Positions 39,066 to 47,925 of a DNA stretch of 64,000 bases are shown one piece after another. The notes beneath the pieces were generated by a model that ran no database searches, had not been told where the DNA came from, and saw nothing but the letters and a program-made list of their open reading frames with translations. A program made the position numbers and the translations under genes. The stretch is taken from the NCBI GenBank assembly GCA_043826355.1, contig JBDRQI010000030.1:32001-96000 (forward strand), given 5' to 3'. The stretch comes from Candidatus Omnitrophota bacterium (GTDB lineage Bacteria; Ratteibacteria; UBA8468; MWAK01). Positions within the stretch are counted from its first letter, which is position 1, and every line of letters begins with the position of its first letter.

Positions 39066-39965
39066 GTGATTACCCAACGGGAATTAAAAAAAAGAGTAGG
39101 ACGAGCGAGCGCTATTCTTTCTTCCTGCACGTTCTGCCCGCGGGGTTGCCGGGTAAACCGGCTGGAAGGGGAGAAGGGTTTCTGCCGGGGAGGACAATCG
39201 GCGAAGGTAGCCAGCCACAACAGCCATTTCGGCGAGGAGCCGCCGATTTCCGGTTCCCGGGGCAGCGGCACCATCTTCTTTTCCGGATGTACCCTGCATT
39301 GTCTCTTCTGTCAGAATTACCCCATCAGCCAGTTGCGGGAAGGTCGGGAGGTTTCTGTCCCGGAACTGGCCCGGATGATGCTATCGCTCCAGAAGAACGG
39401 CTGCCACAACCTGAACTTGGTTACGCCGACCCATTTCGTGCCGCAGATTCTGGAGGCTCTCCATCAGGCAAAGAGAGAAGGTTTTAACCTTCCGGTTGTT
39501 TATAATACCAGCGGTTACGAAACAATAGATACCTTGAAACTGTTGGAAGGAGTTGTATCTGTTTATCTTCCTGATTTAAAATATGGAAACGATAAGTCCG
39601 GCGCAGATATTTCCGGGGTTGTAAATTATTTTACTTTTGCCGGCCCGGCAATTAAGGAGATGTATCATCAGGTCGGTAATCTGCGGGTCGATAACGAAGG
39701 TGTAGCGCAAGAAGGTTTGATTGTGCGTCACCTGGTTCTGCCGGGTGACCTTTCCACAACCGGGGAGGTGCTCCGTTTTTTGGCCGGGGAAGTCTCTTTA
39801 GACGTGACTGTCAGTTTGATGGCCCAGTACTTTCCCGCACACCGGGCGCAGTTTCATCCAGAATTGAATTGCAGGGTTCCTGGCCGGGAATATTGTAAGA
39901 TGGTGAAATTGGCGCAGGAGTTGGGTTTGCACAATCTGTTCGTTCAAGAAATTCCGGAGTTTTAG
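39066..39965 (+). CDS. PflX-like radical SAM protein
   Basis: C..CPR.C, GEEPPISG, CTLHCLFCQN, VTPTH, RHLVLP; likely GTG start 39066. Confidence 0.85.
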   Translation: MITQRELKKRVGRASAILSSCTFCPRGCRVNRLEGEKGFCRGGQSAKVASHNSHFGEEPPISGSRGSGTIFFSGCTLHCLFCQNYPISQLREGREVSVPELARMMLSLQKNGCHNLNLVTPTHFVPQILEALHQAKREGFNLPVVYNTSGYETIDTLKLLEGVVSVYLPDLKYGNDKSGADISGVVNYFTFAGPAIKEMYHQVGNLRVDNEGVAQEGLIVRHLVLPGDLSTTGEVLRFLAGEVSLDVTVSLMAQYFPAHRAQFHPELNCRVPGREYCKMVKLAQELGLHNLFVQEIPEF

Positions 39966-39994
39966 ACATATTTTTCAAAACTTTTCAACACCTT

Positions 39995-40714
39995 ATGCAC
40001 AGAGAAAAACACAATCTGAATTTGGGTAGGGGCGCCATTCATGGCGCCCGCGGGTTTGATAAATCAAGCCCATACTTAAAAGGTATTTTTATTACCTTCG
40101 AAGGCACCGACGGCTGCGGTAAAAGTACCCAGCTTCGGATGGCGGCGAAGCATCTGAAATCCCGGGGATACCCGGTGCGGGTTTTCAAGGACCCGGGCGG
40201 GACCGGGGTCGGAGACGAAATCCGGCGGATTCTGCTGGTTAAAAAGAGTCGTAGGGATCCGCTTGACCCGGTTGCCGAGGCCCTGCTTTACCTTGCCAGC
40301 CGCCGGGTTCTGGTCTCCCGGTTAATTAAACCTGCCTTGAACCAGGGTAAGATTGTGCTTTGCGACCGGTTTACTGATTCAACTCTTGCCTACCAGGGGT
40401 TTGGCCGGGGTTTACTTTTGCCGGAACTCAGGACTTTGTGTTCTTTTGCTTCCGGTGGTCTGAAACCGGGCTTGACTTTTTTATTGGATATCAACCCCGG
40501 CGTTGGTTTAGCCCGGGTGTCGGCCAGACCTCGTCCAGACGGGAAAGGAACCGACCGCATCGAGGCGCTCGGTCTGGCGTTCCAGCAGAAGGTCCGACAG
40601 GGATATCTGGACTTGGCCCGGCAGGAACCGAGCCGCATCAAGGTTATTTCCGCAGATGGCTCCCGGAAAGAAGTTTTTTCCCGTATTTTGCCGTATTTAA
40701 ACAAGATACTGTAG
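39995..40714 (+). CDS. tmk: Thymidylate kinase with REP-derived N-terminal extension
   Basis: FITFEGTDGCGKSTQ, CDRF.DS..AYQG, DRIE. Confidence 0.95.
   Translation: MHREKHNLNLGRGAIHGARGFDKSSPYLKGIFITFEGTDGCGKSTQLRMAAKHLKSRGYPVRVFKDPGGTGVGDEIRRILLVKKSRRDPLDPVAEALLYLASRRVLVSRLIKPALNQGKIVLCDRFTDSTLAYQGFGRGLLLPELRTLCSFASGGLKPGLTFLLDINPGVGLARVSARPRPDGKGTDRIEALGLAFQQKVRQGYLDLARQEPSRIKVISADGSRKEVFSRILPYLNKIL
40026..40075. repeat. GTAG-type REP pair inside the tmk 5' coding region
   Basis: GTAGGGGCGCCATTCATGGCGCCC..GGGTTTGATAAATCAAGCCCATAC. Confidence 0.75.
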
Positions 40715-40765
40715 TTGCCAAGATTGTTTGGCGTTTTAATGTAGGGGTCGGATTTATCCGACCCG
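40711..40765. repeat. Two GTAG-type REP units
   Basis: GTAGTTGCCAAG..TTGGC (supplies the tmk stop) and GTAGGGGTCGGATTTATCCGACCC. Confidence 0.7.
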
Positions 40766-40771
40766 AAAATT

Positions 40772-41674
40772 ATGACCATTACCGAAAGTCAGGAATTACT
40801 GCTCAAGGCGGTTAAGGCGAACCGCCTGGCAGCCGCCTACCTGTTTATCGGCGCGGGAGAAGCAGAGAGGCGCGCCCTGGCTAAATTTTTGACGCAGGCG
40901 CTCTTCTGTTCCGAAATCACGCCGGGTTCCTTGCCCTGCAACCACTGTTCCGCCTGCCGGAGGGTGGCCGAAGAGAAGCACCCGGACCTGTTTCTTATTC
41001 GGGGTGAGGGTGTGATGGGTTTTCTTTCCATTGACCAGGTCAGGCAACTGAAATCGGAAATTTACCTTTCACCCTACCAGGCGAAATACCGGGTTTACCT
41101 CCTGGAAATAGAAGCCATCCGGGACGAAGCCGCCAACGCTTTCCTGAAGACACTGGAAGAGCCGCCTGAAACCGCAATTATCATAATCCTCTCCCAGACC
41201 GAACGGGAATTTATACCTACCATCCTTTCCCGGCTCGCTAAAATCCGTTTGCCGGAACCGGAATTGTCGGTTTCAAATTTGCAGCACCTTACGAGTACCG
41301 CCGGTCTTTCCTGGCAGGAGCCGTCCGGGATATTTAAACTGGCAAAAGAGATGGCTGATGCGGAAGAGGAGGATTTGAAACTATTGCTGAAAGAGATTAT
41401 CGCCGGTTTGCGGATATCCCTGGAATTTAAGGAAGGCCTGCGTTCCAGGGAGGAGACGCCGGAAGCGATGGTAAAGATTGCGAATAAGGCGAAAGATGCC
41501 GGTGAACTCCGTTCTCTTCTGGAAAAAGCGCTGGGCCGGCGCCAGGATATCCTGCGGGGAAGGGTCACAACCCGGCTCGCCCTGGAAACGCTGCTTATCC
41601 CCCTGTCTCAACCGGCTCACCCTATCCCTCCCCCTGAACGCGGGAGCCAGCACCAAAAGATACCTCCTCCCTGA
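40772..41674 (+). CDS. holB: DNA polymerase III delta' subunit
   Basis: AYLF.G, PC..C..C, HPD, IDQVR, AANAFLKTLEEPP, PTILSR; follows tmk. Confidence 0.92.
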   Translation: MTITESQELLLKAVKANRLAAAYLFIGAGEAERRALAKFLTQALFCSEITPGSLPCNHCSACRRVAEEKHPDLFLIRGEGVMGFLSIDQVRQLKSEIYLSPYQAKYRVYLLEIEAIRDEAANAFLKTLEEPPETAIIIILSQTEREFIPTILSRLAKIRLPEPELSVSNLQHLTSTAGLSWQEPSGIFKLAKEMADAEEEDLKLLLKEIIAGLRISLEFKEGLRSREETPEAMVKIANKAKDAGELRSLLEKALGRRQDILRGRVTTRLALETLLIPLSQPAHPIPPPERGSQHQKIPPP

Positions 41675-41695
41675 TGGGGGAGGTAAGTGGGGGTG
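41616..41695. repeat. CTCACCC..CCCTCCCC..GGGGGAGG palindromic element overlapping the holB 3' end
   Basis: Related to 6348 and 8060; encodes the Pro-rich HolB tail. Confidence 0.55.
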
Positions 41696-41735
41696 TAGTG
41701 CTTTACCAAACGCAATGTAGTATTGCATTTAGTAA

Positions 41736-41765
41736 TACTATGTGCAAACAAGGTTGCATATAGTA
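41736..41765. terminator. Hairpin between convergent holB and osmC-family gene
   Basis: TACTATGTGCAA-N6-TTGCATATAGTA. Confidence 0.45.
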
Positions 41766-41768
41766 ATA

Positions 41769-42173
41769 TTATTTATAATCGGTGGTTTCCTTAAGGATTG
41801 TCTCTATTTCCGGTTTGTAATGCAGGGTGTTATTAATAAGACATTTTTTCGCCCACCCTATCGCTTCCTTGAATTCTTTTTCCGATTTGGCTGAAGGCAG
41901 GAAAATTTCCAGGGATATTTTTTTTATCCGGTCCGGAAGTTTTTCGTAGGTTACTTCAATCTTCAACCCGGTCGGGTCCCAATTAAACTTTTTGCAGTAA
42001 AAGGCCAGCTCTATTCCGGTGCACGAAGCGAGACTGATTGCAAAGAGTTCCACCGGTGTCGGTCCGGCATCTTCCCCCCCGAGGCCCAGAGGCAGGTCAA
42101 CCGCAACCTTATGATTTCGCGCTGACGCTTCAAAGGACATGCCCCCTGAATATTTTACGCTTATTTTTCCCAC
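41769..42173 (-). CDS. OsmC/Ohr-family protein
   Basis: D.P...GGED.GPTP.EL...LASC, CLINNTL; GTG start after GGGAGG. Confidence 0.9.
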   Translation of the reverse strand: MGKISVKYSGGMSFEASARNHKVAVDLPLGLGGEDAGPTPVELFAISLASCTGIELAFYCKKFNWDPTGLKIEVTYEKLPDRIKKISLEIFLPSAKSEKEFKEAIGWAKKCLINNTLHYKPEIETILKETTDYK

Positions 42174-42188
42174 GTTTGCCTCCCGGTT
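42074..42188. repeat. 115-bp perfect direct repeat, copy 1
   Basis: Identical to 45315-45429. Confidence 0.92.
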
Positions 42189-42949
42189 GGTTGCGTCTCT
42201 TCAAATTCTTTTTTATCGCGCCTGCCTTTTTCAGAAAGGGTAACCAAAAGGATGGAAATTTCATAGAGAACAATCATCGGTAGCGCCATCAAACTCTGGG
42301 TGAAGGCATCCGGGGACGGGGTGATGACGGCGGCGATTACAAAGGCGAGGATGACGAAGATTCGGCGCTGCCTTCGTAAGAATTGCGAGTTGACAATACC
42401 CAGCCGTCCCAGGAGTAAAACCACGTCCGGCAGGGTAAAGACCAGGCCGAAACCAAGGATAAATATCAACAGAAAAGTAAGGTAGGAATTAAAAGAGAGG
42501 AAGGGATGCAGCCCGGGCGGCGCCACCGAGAGGAGAAATCTGAACCCCGGCGGCAGGACTATAAAATAGCCGAAAGCGCAACCGCCCCAAAAAAGAAAAA
42601 AGAAGGAAGCGATAAAACCAAGAACCGGTTTGCGTTCCGCAGGATGGAGGCCCGGACGTAAAAAGGCCCAGACCTGGTAAAGGAGCAAAGGGAAAGAGAG
42701 GAGCAACCCGGCCGCCAGCGCCAGTTTTATCAGGGTGAAGAACGGTTCCACCGGCGTGAGGTAGACCAATTGCCCCACCCTGCCTTTTAAAGGATAGAGC
42801 AGAACTTTCAGAAAATAACGGGAAATTATCCCGTACGCCAGGATGCTGGCGGAAAGCCAGATTAAGAGCGACCCGAAGATTCGGCGCCGCAACTCCTCCA
42901 GGTGCTGGATTAAATCCCAATCACTCTTTCTTGGCGGCTGATTCATCAT
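42161..42949 (-). CDS. tatC: Twin-arginine translocase TatC
   Basis: [18 protein letters not shown]...E, ITPSPD, LYEISI. Confidence 0.96.
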   Translation of the reverse strand: MMNQPPRKSDWDLIQHLEELRRRIFGSLLIWLSASILAYGIISRYFLKVLLYPLKGRVGQLVYLTPVEPFFTLIKLALAAGLLLSFPLLLYQVWAFLRPGLHPAERKPVLGFIASFFFLFWGGCAFGYFIVLPPGFRFLLSVAPPGLHPFLSFNSYLTFLLIFILGFGLVFTLPDVVLLLGRLGIVNSQFLRRQRRIFVILAFVIAAVITPSPDAFTQSLMALPMIVLYEISILLVTLSEKGRRDKKEFEETQPTGRQTWEK

Positions 42950-43106
42950 CTTTCTTGATTTCGTTTTCCGCTTCCTTCATCCCTTTGCGGAATTCCGCCA
43001 GGGTTTTTCCCAGAGAACGCCCGATTTCCGGCAGGCGCCTGGCGCCGAAAACAAGAAGCACAATTAAGAAGATAACCAATAACTCCTGAAATCCAATTCC
43101 AAACAT
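42921..43106 (-). CDS. tatA: Twin-arginine translocase TatA
   Basis: MFGIG..EL...[16 protein letters not shown]...EFRKG. Confidence 0.95.
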   Translation of the reverse strand: MFGIGFQELLVIFLIVLLVFGARRLPEIGRSLGKTLAEFRKGMKEAENEIKKDDESAAKKE

Positions 43107-43190
43107 TTTCCTCCTTTGCCCGCTGAAGCGTGGACGCCAAATGGCGGCGAAGCCGCCTGGTATAAAGCGTCCGTCTTGCGAAGGCGGGCT

Positions 43191-44348
43191 TTACCCGCGG
43201 ATTTCACCCCGGTTAAAGACAACAATGGCTGCTTCGCCGGAGACCGGGCATTGTTTTTCGCAGGCGCCGCACCCGATGCAAATTGCCTCGTTGACAATCG
43301 GCCTTTTTTCATTGTCCGTCCGGATGGCCGCAACCGGACAATATTCCATGCAGACCAGGCAGAGTTTACCCTGGTCCCAGGCAAGGCAGCGGCCGCGGTC
43401 AATTTGAGCGGTGCCGATTTTGAACTGTCCCAGTCGCGTTTTTTTGATGGCGTTGCTCGGGCAGACCCGATAACACAAGAAACAGAGTTCGCAGGGACCG
43501 ATGCGCGGGATCAGCCGCGGGGTGCCTAACCCCGCTAACCCGGTTTCCAGAAAGCATGGTTTCAACCCGCTGCTGGGACAGACTTTAACGCATTCTCCGC
43601 AGCGCACGCAAAGGGAATTAAACTCCGTTTCTTTTCCGGCGGCCGGCGGACGCAGGATGCGGTCGGACATTTCTTCTTTTTTCCTGAACTTAAGTCCGCC
43701 CCCGGCCAGAAGCCCTAAAAAAAGAGCGCTCAGGAATTGGCGCCGGGAAAGGTCAAACGCAGCCGGTCGTTTTCTGACTTTTTTCCCAACCCGTGTTGCC
43801 AGTTCCAGGATTGCGCCCAACGGGCAGAGGTTAAAACACCAGAACCTCGGAAAGACGGCGCTGATGATAATTATTACCAGGAAAAGTATCAGGCCCGGCA
43901 GGGAAAGGAGCATCCCCAGGGAGATTACCAGCGGGTCGAACTGCTGGACTATGCCGGCCAGGCCGAAACCGGTCAAAACCAGGAAGATTACCAGCGCGGA
44001 GATTTGAACTGCAAAAATAAACCTTAGCCGGGGGCTTTTCCGCCAACGCTTTCTGGCGCTCAGGAACGACGCCAGGTCAATACAGGTGCCCAGCGGGCAG
44101 ATATTCCAGCAGAAGAACCGGCCGAAAAAGAGCGTCAACGCCAGGAGCAGGAGAGCCGGCCAGAACGAAATTAAAACGGTCTTCGCGGCGAGGCTGGCGG
44201 TTATTCCCAGAAAAGGGTCCAACCGGAAGAAGACGTTGCTCCATCCTTTCAGGTGGAGCGGGTAACGTGTCTGCCACGCCAGGATAAAGAAAAGCGCCAG
44301 CCAGAAAATCTGGAAGAGATTCCTCCGTCTGAACCGTAGCCGAAACAT
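43191..44348 (-). CDS. Polytopic membrane polyferredoxin (NapH-like N-terminus, NapG/MauM-like C-terminus)
   Basis: GRFFC..ICPLG, RFWC..LCPLG, internal SRRQFL, LRPP, several CxxCxxCxxxCP. Confidence 0.88.
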   Translation of the reverse strand: MFRLRFRRRNLFQIFWLALFFILAWQTRYPLHLKGWSNVFFRLDPFLGITASLAAKTVLISFWPALLLLALTLFFGRFFCWNICPLGTCIDLASFLSARKRWRKSPRLRFIFAVQISALVIFLVLTGFGLAGIVQQFDPLVISLGMLLSLPGLILFLVIIIISAVFPRFWCFNLCPLGAILELATRVGKKVRKRPAAFDLSRRQFLSALFLGLLAGGGLKFRKKEEMSDRILRPPAAGKETEFNSLCVRCGECVKVCPSSGLKPCFLETGLAGLGTPRLIPRIGPCELCFLCYRVCPSNAIKKTRLGQFKIGTAQIDRGRCLAWDQGKLCLVCMEYCPVAAIRTDNEKRPIVNEAICIGCGACEKQCPVSGEAAIVVFNRGEIRG

Positions 44349-45248
44349 TCAGGATAGTTTTATGTTTTTCACCCGGAGCGACTGGAGGTCGATTTCGCCC
44401 AGCCCCATCTGGTGAGCAATTCTGATGTGGGAAACTTTTTCCGGGGTAAATCCCAGAATTTTGGCTCCATAAGCATCGGCGGACACCGGGTCAGTGGCCG
44501 CAACAAGCTGGTTGAGCGTCTGCACGTTGCCGGGTCCGGCCGGTCCGTTGGAGGTCAGGATTCGGGTGGCATCCAGTAAAATCAGTTTTGGCTTGACCGC
44601 GAAGCTCAGGTCAGCGATTGTCTGATGCAGGTCGGTTGAATGCATCGCGCCGCGGTCCCAGACCACGCCCATTAAATTCTTCATGCTCAGGGTGACCATT
44701 GAGCCGCCGTGAACCTTAACCACCGGCAGGTTAATCAGGACGTCGCAATCCAGTATCTCGTTAATAATCATCGGAGAACGTAAAGTTTTAGCTTCGGGAA
44801 TATTAATCTGGCGATAATATTTTATCTGGTCTGCCGGCCGGACTTCGGCGCCGGCCTGTTTGGCTGCCGCCTCAATCCCGCTCTGCTGGTAAGATATCCG
44901 GTAATTGCTGCAGGTGTGGTCGATAACGACAACTTGCCGGGCGCCGGCCTGCCGGCACAAACCTATCACGGCCGCCACAACTTCCGGGTCGGTATTGGCT
45001 CCTTCCTGGGGAGTTCTTGACCAGGCGATGTTAGGTTTGACGACTACCCGGTTTCCCGGCCGCACAAACCGGTTGATTCCGCCCAGGGCTTTAATTGCCG
45101 CTTCAACCCGTTCTTGAGCCGTACCGCCGGTCACAACGGATAGATGCGGCGGCAATTCCGGCCAGGCCGTCTTCCGGCCGAACGCGCCCCAGACCAGGAC
45201 AGCCGCCAGCGAAGAAGCAGACCACTTTAAAAATTCACGGCGATTCAT
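44349..45248 (-). CDS. DUF362-family protein with Tat signal
   Basis: MNRREFLK, VVKPNI, NT.P, NLPV.K.H, TLSMKNLMG, DPVSADA. Confidence 0.88.
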   Translation of the reverse strand: MNRREFLKWSASSLAAVLVWGAFGRKTAWPELPPHLSVVTGGTAQERVEAAIKALGGINRFVRPGNRVVVKPNIAWSRTPQEGANTDPEVVAAVIGLCRQAGARQVVVIDHTCSNYRISYQQSGIEAAAKQAGAEVRPADQIKYYRQINIPEAKTLRSPMIINEILDCDVLINLPVVKVHGGSMVTLSMKNLMGVVWDRGAMHSTDLHQTIADLSFAVKPKLILLDATRILTSNGPAGPGNVQTLNQLVAATDPVSADAYGAKILGFTPEKVSHIRIAHQMGLGEIDLQSLRVKNIKLS

Positions 45249-45414
45249 CTTTCACCTCCAGAAAAGTTATCTTGATTGCCGGTTTGTGGTACAGGGTATT
45301 ATGAATGGGGCATCCCCCCCCGAGGCCCAGAGGCAGGTCAACCGCAACCTTATGATTTCGCGCTGACGCTTCAAAGGACATGCCCCCTGAATATTTTACG
45401 CTTATTTTTCCCAC
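45235..45414 (-). pseudogene. Internally deleted, still in-frame OsmC-family remnant (59 aa)
   Basis: N-terminus identical to 41769-42173, joined directly to a divergent C-terminus CPIHNTLYHKP. Confidence 0.75.
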
Positions 45415-45429
45415 GTTTGCCTCCCGGTT
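45315..45429. repeat. 115-bp perfect direct repeat, copy 2
   Basis: Identical to 42074-42188. Confidence 0.92.
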
Positions 45430-45521
45430 AGAAAATACGCCATAATATATTACCACAAAAAGCGGTTTTTGGGATTAGGCTACTATCCGAGCGGGCGGTA
45501 AATAAGATATAATAAATTACG

Positions 45522-47756
45522 ATGAAATATTTGCGGGCTCTCTCGCGGTTAATTTTGGCGTCTCTTTTTCTGACCGGCTCATTAACGGTTTTAACCGTTG
45601 AAAAATCCTTTGGCTCCGAAGCACCATTAAACCGACCCAAAGTCGGTCTGGTCTTAAGCGGCGGCGGGGCTAGGGGCGCTGCGCATATCGGGGTTCTTAA
45701 AGTCCTTGAAAAGCAGAACATTATCGTTGACTATATAGCCGGCACCAGCATGGGCGCGGTGGTAGGCGGTCTTTACGCTTCCGGCCTGTCTCCCGAAGAG
45801 ATAGAGAAAGAACTGGAACTGATAGACTGGAAAGATATTTTTTCCGATGCGCCCCGCCGGCAGGAACTGCCTTTTCGCCGAAAAAAAGATGCGCAAAACT
45901 ATCTTACCGGGGTGGAGATCGGCGTTAAGGGCGGGAAGATAGCCCTTCCGAAGGGTCTCATCGCCGGACAGAAACTCGGTTTTCTCTTAAAATCGCTGAC
46001 GTTGCACACGGCCGATATTAAGGATTTTGACCATTTGCCCATTCCTTTCCGGGCGGTAGCCGCCGACATTGAAACCGGTAAAATAGTGGTGTTAAGACAC
46101 GGCAATTTTGCCGAGGCCATCCGGGCCAGCATGTCTATTCCCGGCGTCTTCTCGCCGGTGGAGATAGACGGAAAACTGCTGGTAGACGGCGGGATTGCCC
46201 GAAATCTTCCCGTGGACGTCGTCAAAGAGATGGGCGCAGACGTGGTGATTGCCGTGGACATCGGTTCCACCCTCTCCAAACGGGAAGAATTGAACACACT
46301 GGTCGATGTTTACCGGCAGGTCTTGACGGTAATGGGTCAGCAGAACGTGGTTGAACAGGTTAAACTTATCGGAAAAGATGACTGCCTCATCCGGCCCGAA
46401 CTCGGCAAAATTTCCACCGCCGATTTTCCCAGGGCGATGGAAATTATCCGCATCGGCGAAGAGGCCGCGCTCAATTGCCGGGAAACGCTGCAGCGTTACG
46501 CTGTTTCTCCGGAAGAATATCAGTCTTTTCTTAAGCGCCGTTTTCTCGGCATGTCGTATCCGGTCAGCGTGGATTTTGTAAAGGTAAAGGAGACAAAACA
46601 TATTTCCGGCAAGGTGGTGGAAGATAAACTTAAAACAAAAGCCGGCAGAGACCTTAACTTGAAAACCCTTAAAGATGACCTGGCGAGGGTTTATGGCATC
46701 GGCGCTTTTGAACACGTTGATTTCCAGTTCATCAAAGAGGGGGATAAGCAGGGTTTGCTGATCAGTCCCACCGAAAAAACATGGGGGCCGAACTATTTCT
46801 ATTTCGGGATGCGGCTCTCGGATGATTTCCAGGGGACGAAACATAACAATCTTTTGTTTAACTATAATATGACCCAGGTTAATTCTCTTGGGGCCGAATG
46901 GCAGACCCAGCTTCAAATCGGAAATGACGGCCGCCTGAGTTCCGAGTTTTTCCAACCGCTGGACTATTCCGGCCGGTTTTTTTTAATTCCGCGGGTTGAA
47001 GCCACGGTCGGTTTCACCGAAGTGTACGATGGAGACAAGATAGGGGCCCGGTACCAGATAAATTCCAGCAAGGTCGGCCTGGACGTCGGAACGGAGTTAG
47101 GCACCTACGGCGAAGTCAGGTTTGGCGTTGAAAAAAGGTACGTTTCGGCCGACCTCAGGGTCGGTTCGGCGGTTCCGAAAGAAGACAGCGGCAGCCAGGC
47201 GGCCTTCGTGGGTAGTTTTGCTTTTGACCATCTGGACGATTCCAACTTCCCCCGCTACGGGGCCAAATTTGACCTGGATCTTATCCTGGCGCGGCGCGAT
47301 ATGCTGGGCGGAGAAATATCTTACGACAAGGCGGTCTTTTCCGTAATCGGCGCTACAAGTTATAAAAGACATACATTCCTGGCTTCGCTGGAGGGCGGCT
47401 CCAGTTTTGACAGCGAAATACCTTTTTATGATCAGTTTACCCTGGGCGGTTTTCTATCCTTATCCGGTTACCGGGAGGGAGAATTGCGGGGCAATTATTA
47501 CGGTCTGGCCCGGATTATCTACTTTTACCGTTTCGGCACGCTTCCTTTCGCCTGGGGCGACAGCCTCTACCTGGGCGGTTCCATCGAGGCCGGCAAAGCC
47601 TGGATTTCAAGTAAAGAGATTGAACTGAGCGACTTATTGTGGAACAGCAGTCTGCTGGTCGGCGCCGACACGCCTTTCGGCCCCCTCTATTTGAGTTACG
47701 GGTTTAGCGAGAAAACCCCCGGGGTTTTTTACGTTTATCTGGGCCGGAAGTTTTAA
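45522..47756 (+). CDS. Patatin-like phospholipase-POTRA-beta-barrel protein (PlpD-like, type Vd secretion)
   Basis: Signal peptide, LSGGGARG, GTSMG, DGG, barrel LGG..LSGY, TPFGP, C-terminal F. Confidence 0.9.
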   Translation: MKYLRALSRLILASLFLTGSLTVLTVEKSFGSEAPLNRPKVGLVLSGGGARGAAHIGVLKVLEKQNIIVDYIAGTSMGAVVGGLYASGLSPEEIEKELELIDWKDIFSDAPRRQELPFRRKKDAQNYLTGVEIGVKGGKIALPKGLIAGQKLGFLLKSLTLHTADIKDFDHLPIPFRAVAADIETGKIVVLRHGNFAEAIRASMSIPGVFSPVEIDGKLLVDGGIARNLPVDVVKEMGADVVIAVDIGSTLSKREELNTLVDVYRQVLTVMGQQNVVEQVKLIGKDDCLIRPELGKISTADFPRAMEIIRIGEEAALNCRETLQRYAVSPEEYQSFLKRRFLGMSYPVSVDFVKVKETKHISGKVVEDKLKTKAGRDLNLKTLKDDLARVYGIGAFEHVDFQFIKEGDKQGLLISPTEKTWGPNYFYFGMRLSDDFQGTKHNNLLFNYNMTQVNSLGAEWQTQLQIGNDGRLSSEFFQPLDYSGRFFLIPRVEATVGFTEVYDGDKIGARYQINSSKVGLDVGTELGTYGEVRFGVEKRYVSADLRVGSAVPKEDSGSQAAFVGSFAFDHLDDSNFPRYGAKFDLDLILARRDMLGGEISYDKAVFSVIGATSYKRHTFLASLEGGSSFDSEIPFYDQFTLGGFLSLSGYREGELRGNYYGLARIIYFYRFGTLPFAWGDSLYLGGSIEAGKAWISSKEIELSDLLWNSSLLVGADTPFGPLYLSYGFSEKTPGVFYVYLGRKF

Positions 47757-47925
47757 ATCCGGCGGGGGTCTATATGCAAACTCACTTTTGGAACGGGGAG
47801 ATTAACACAGCAGATGTTAAGGAAGAATTACCGGCAAGCATCTATTTTATCTGGCTGTGGCGGGAGAAACATTATCAATTGTAGTCTTGGGAAGGAGAAT
47901 TTTGATTGCTAGCAGGAGGATTCCA

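Noticed and set aside
30185..45248. Selenocysteine recoding in redox genes
   Set aside because: Trx, TlpA, OsmC, FmdB and Fe-S proteins have ordinary Cys at catalytic positions and no internal TGA.
46092..46955. Long antisense ORFs (also 59019-59819, 2709-3260, 35460-36011 and others)
   Set aside because: Shadows of well-supported genes on the opposite strand; no motifs.
47774..47884. 36-aa ORF MQTHFWNGE...
   Set aside because: Weak SD, no recognisable features.
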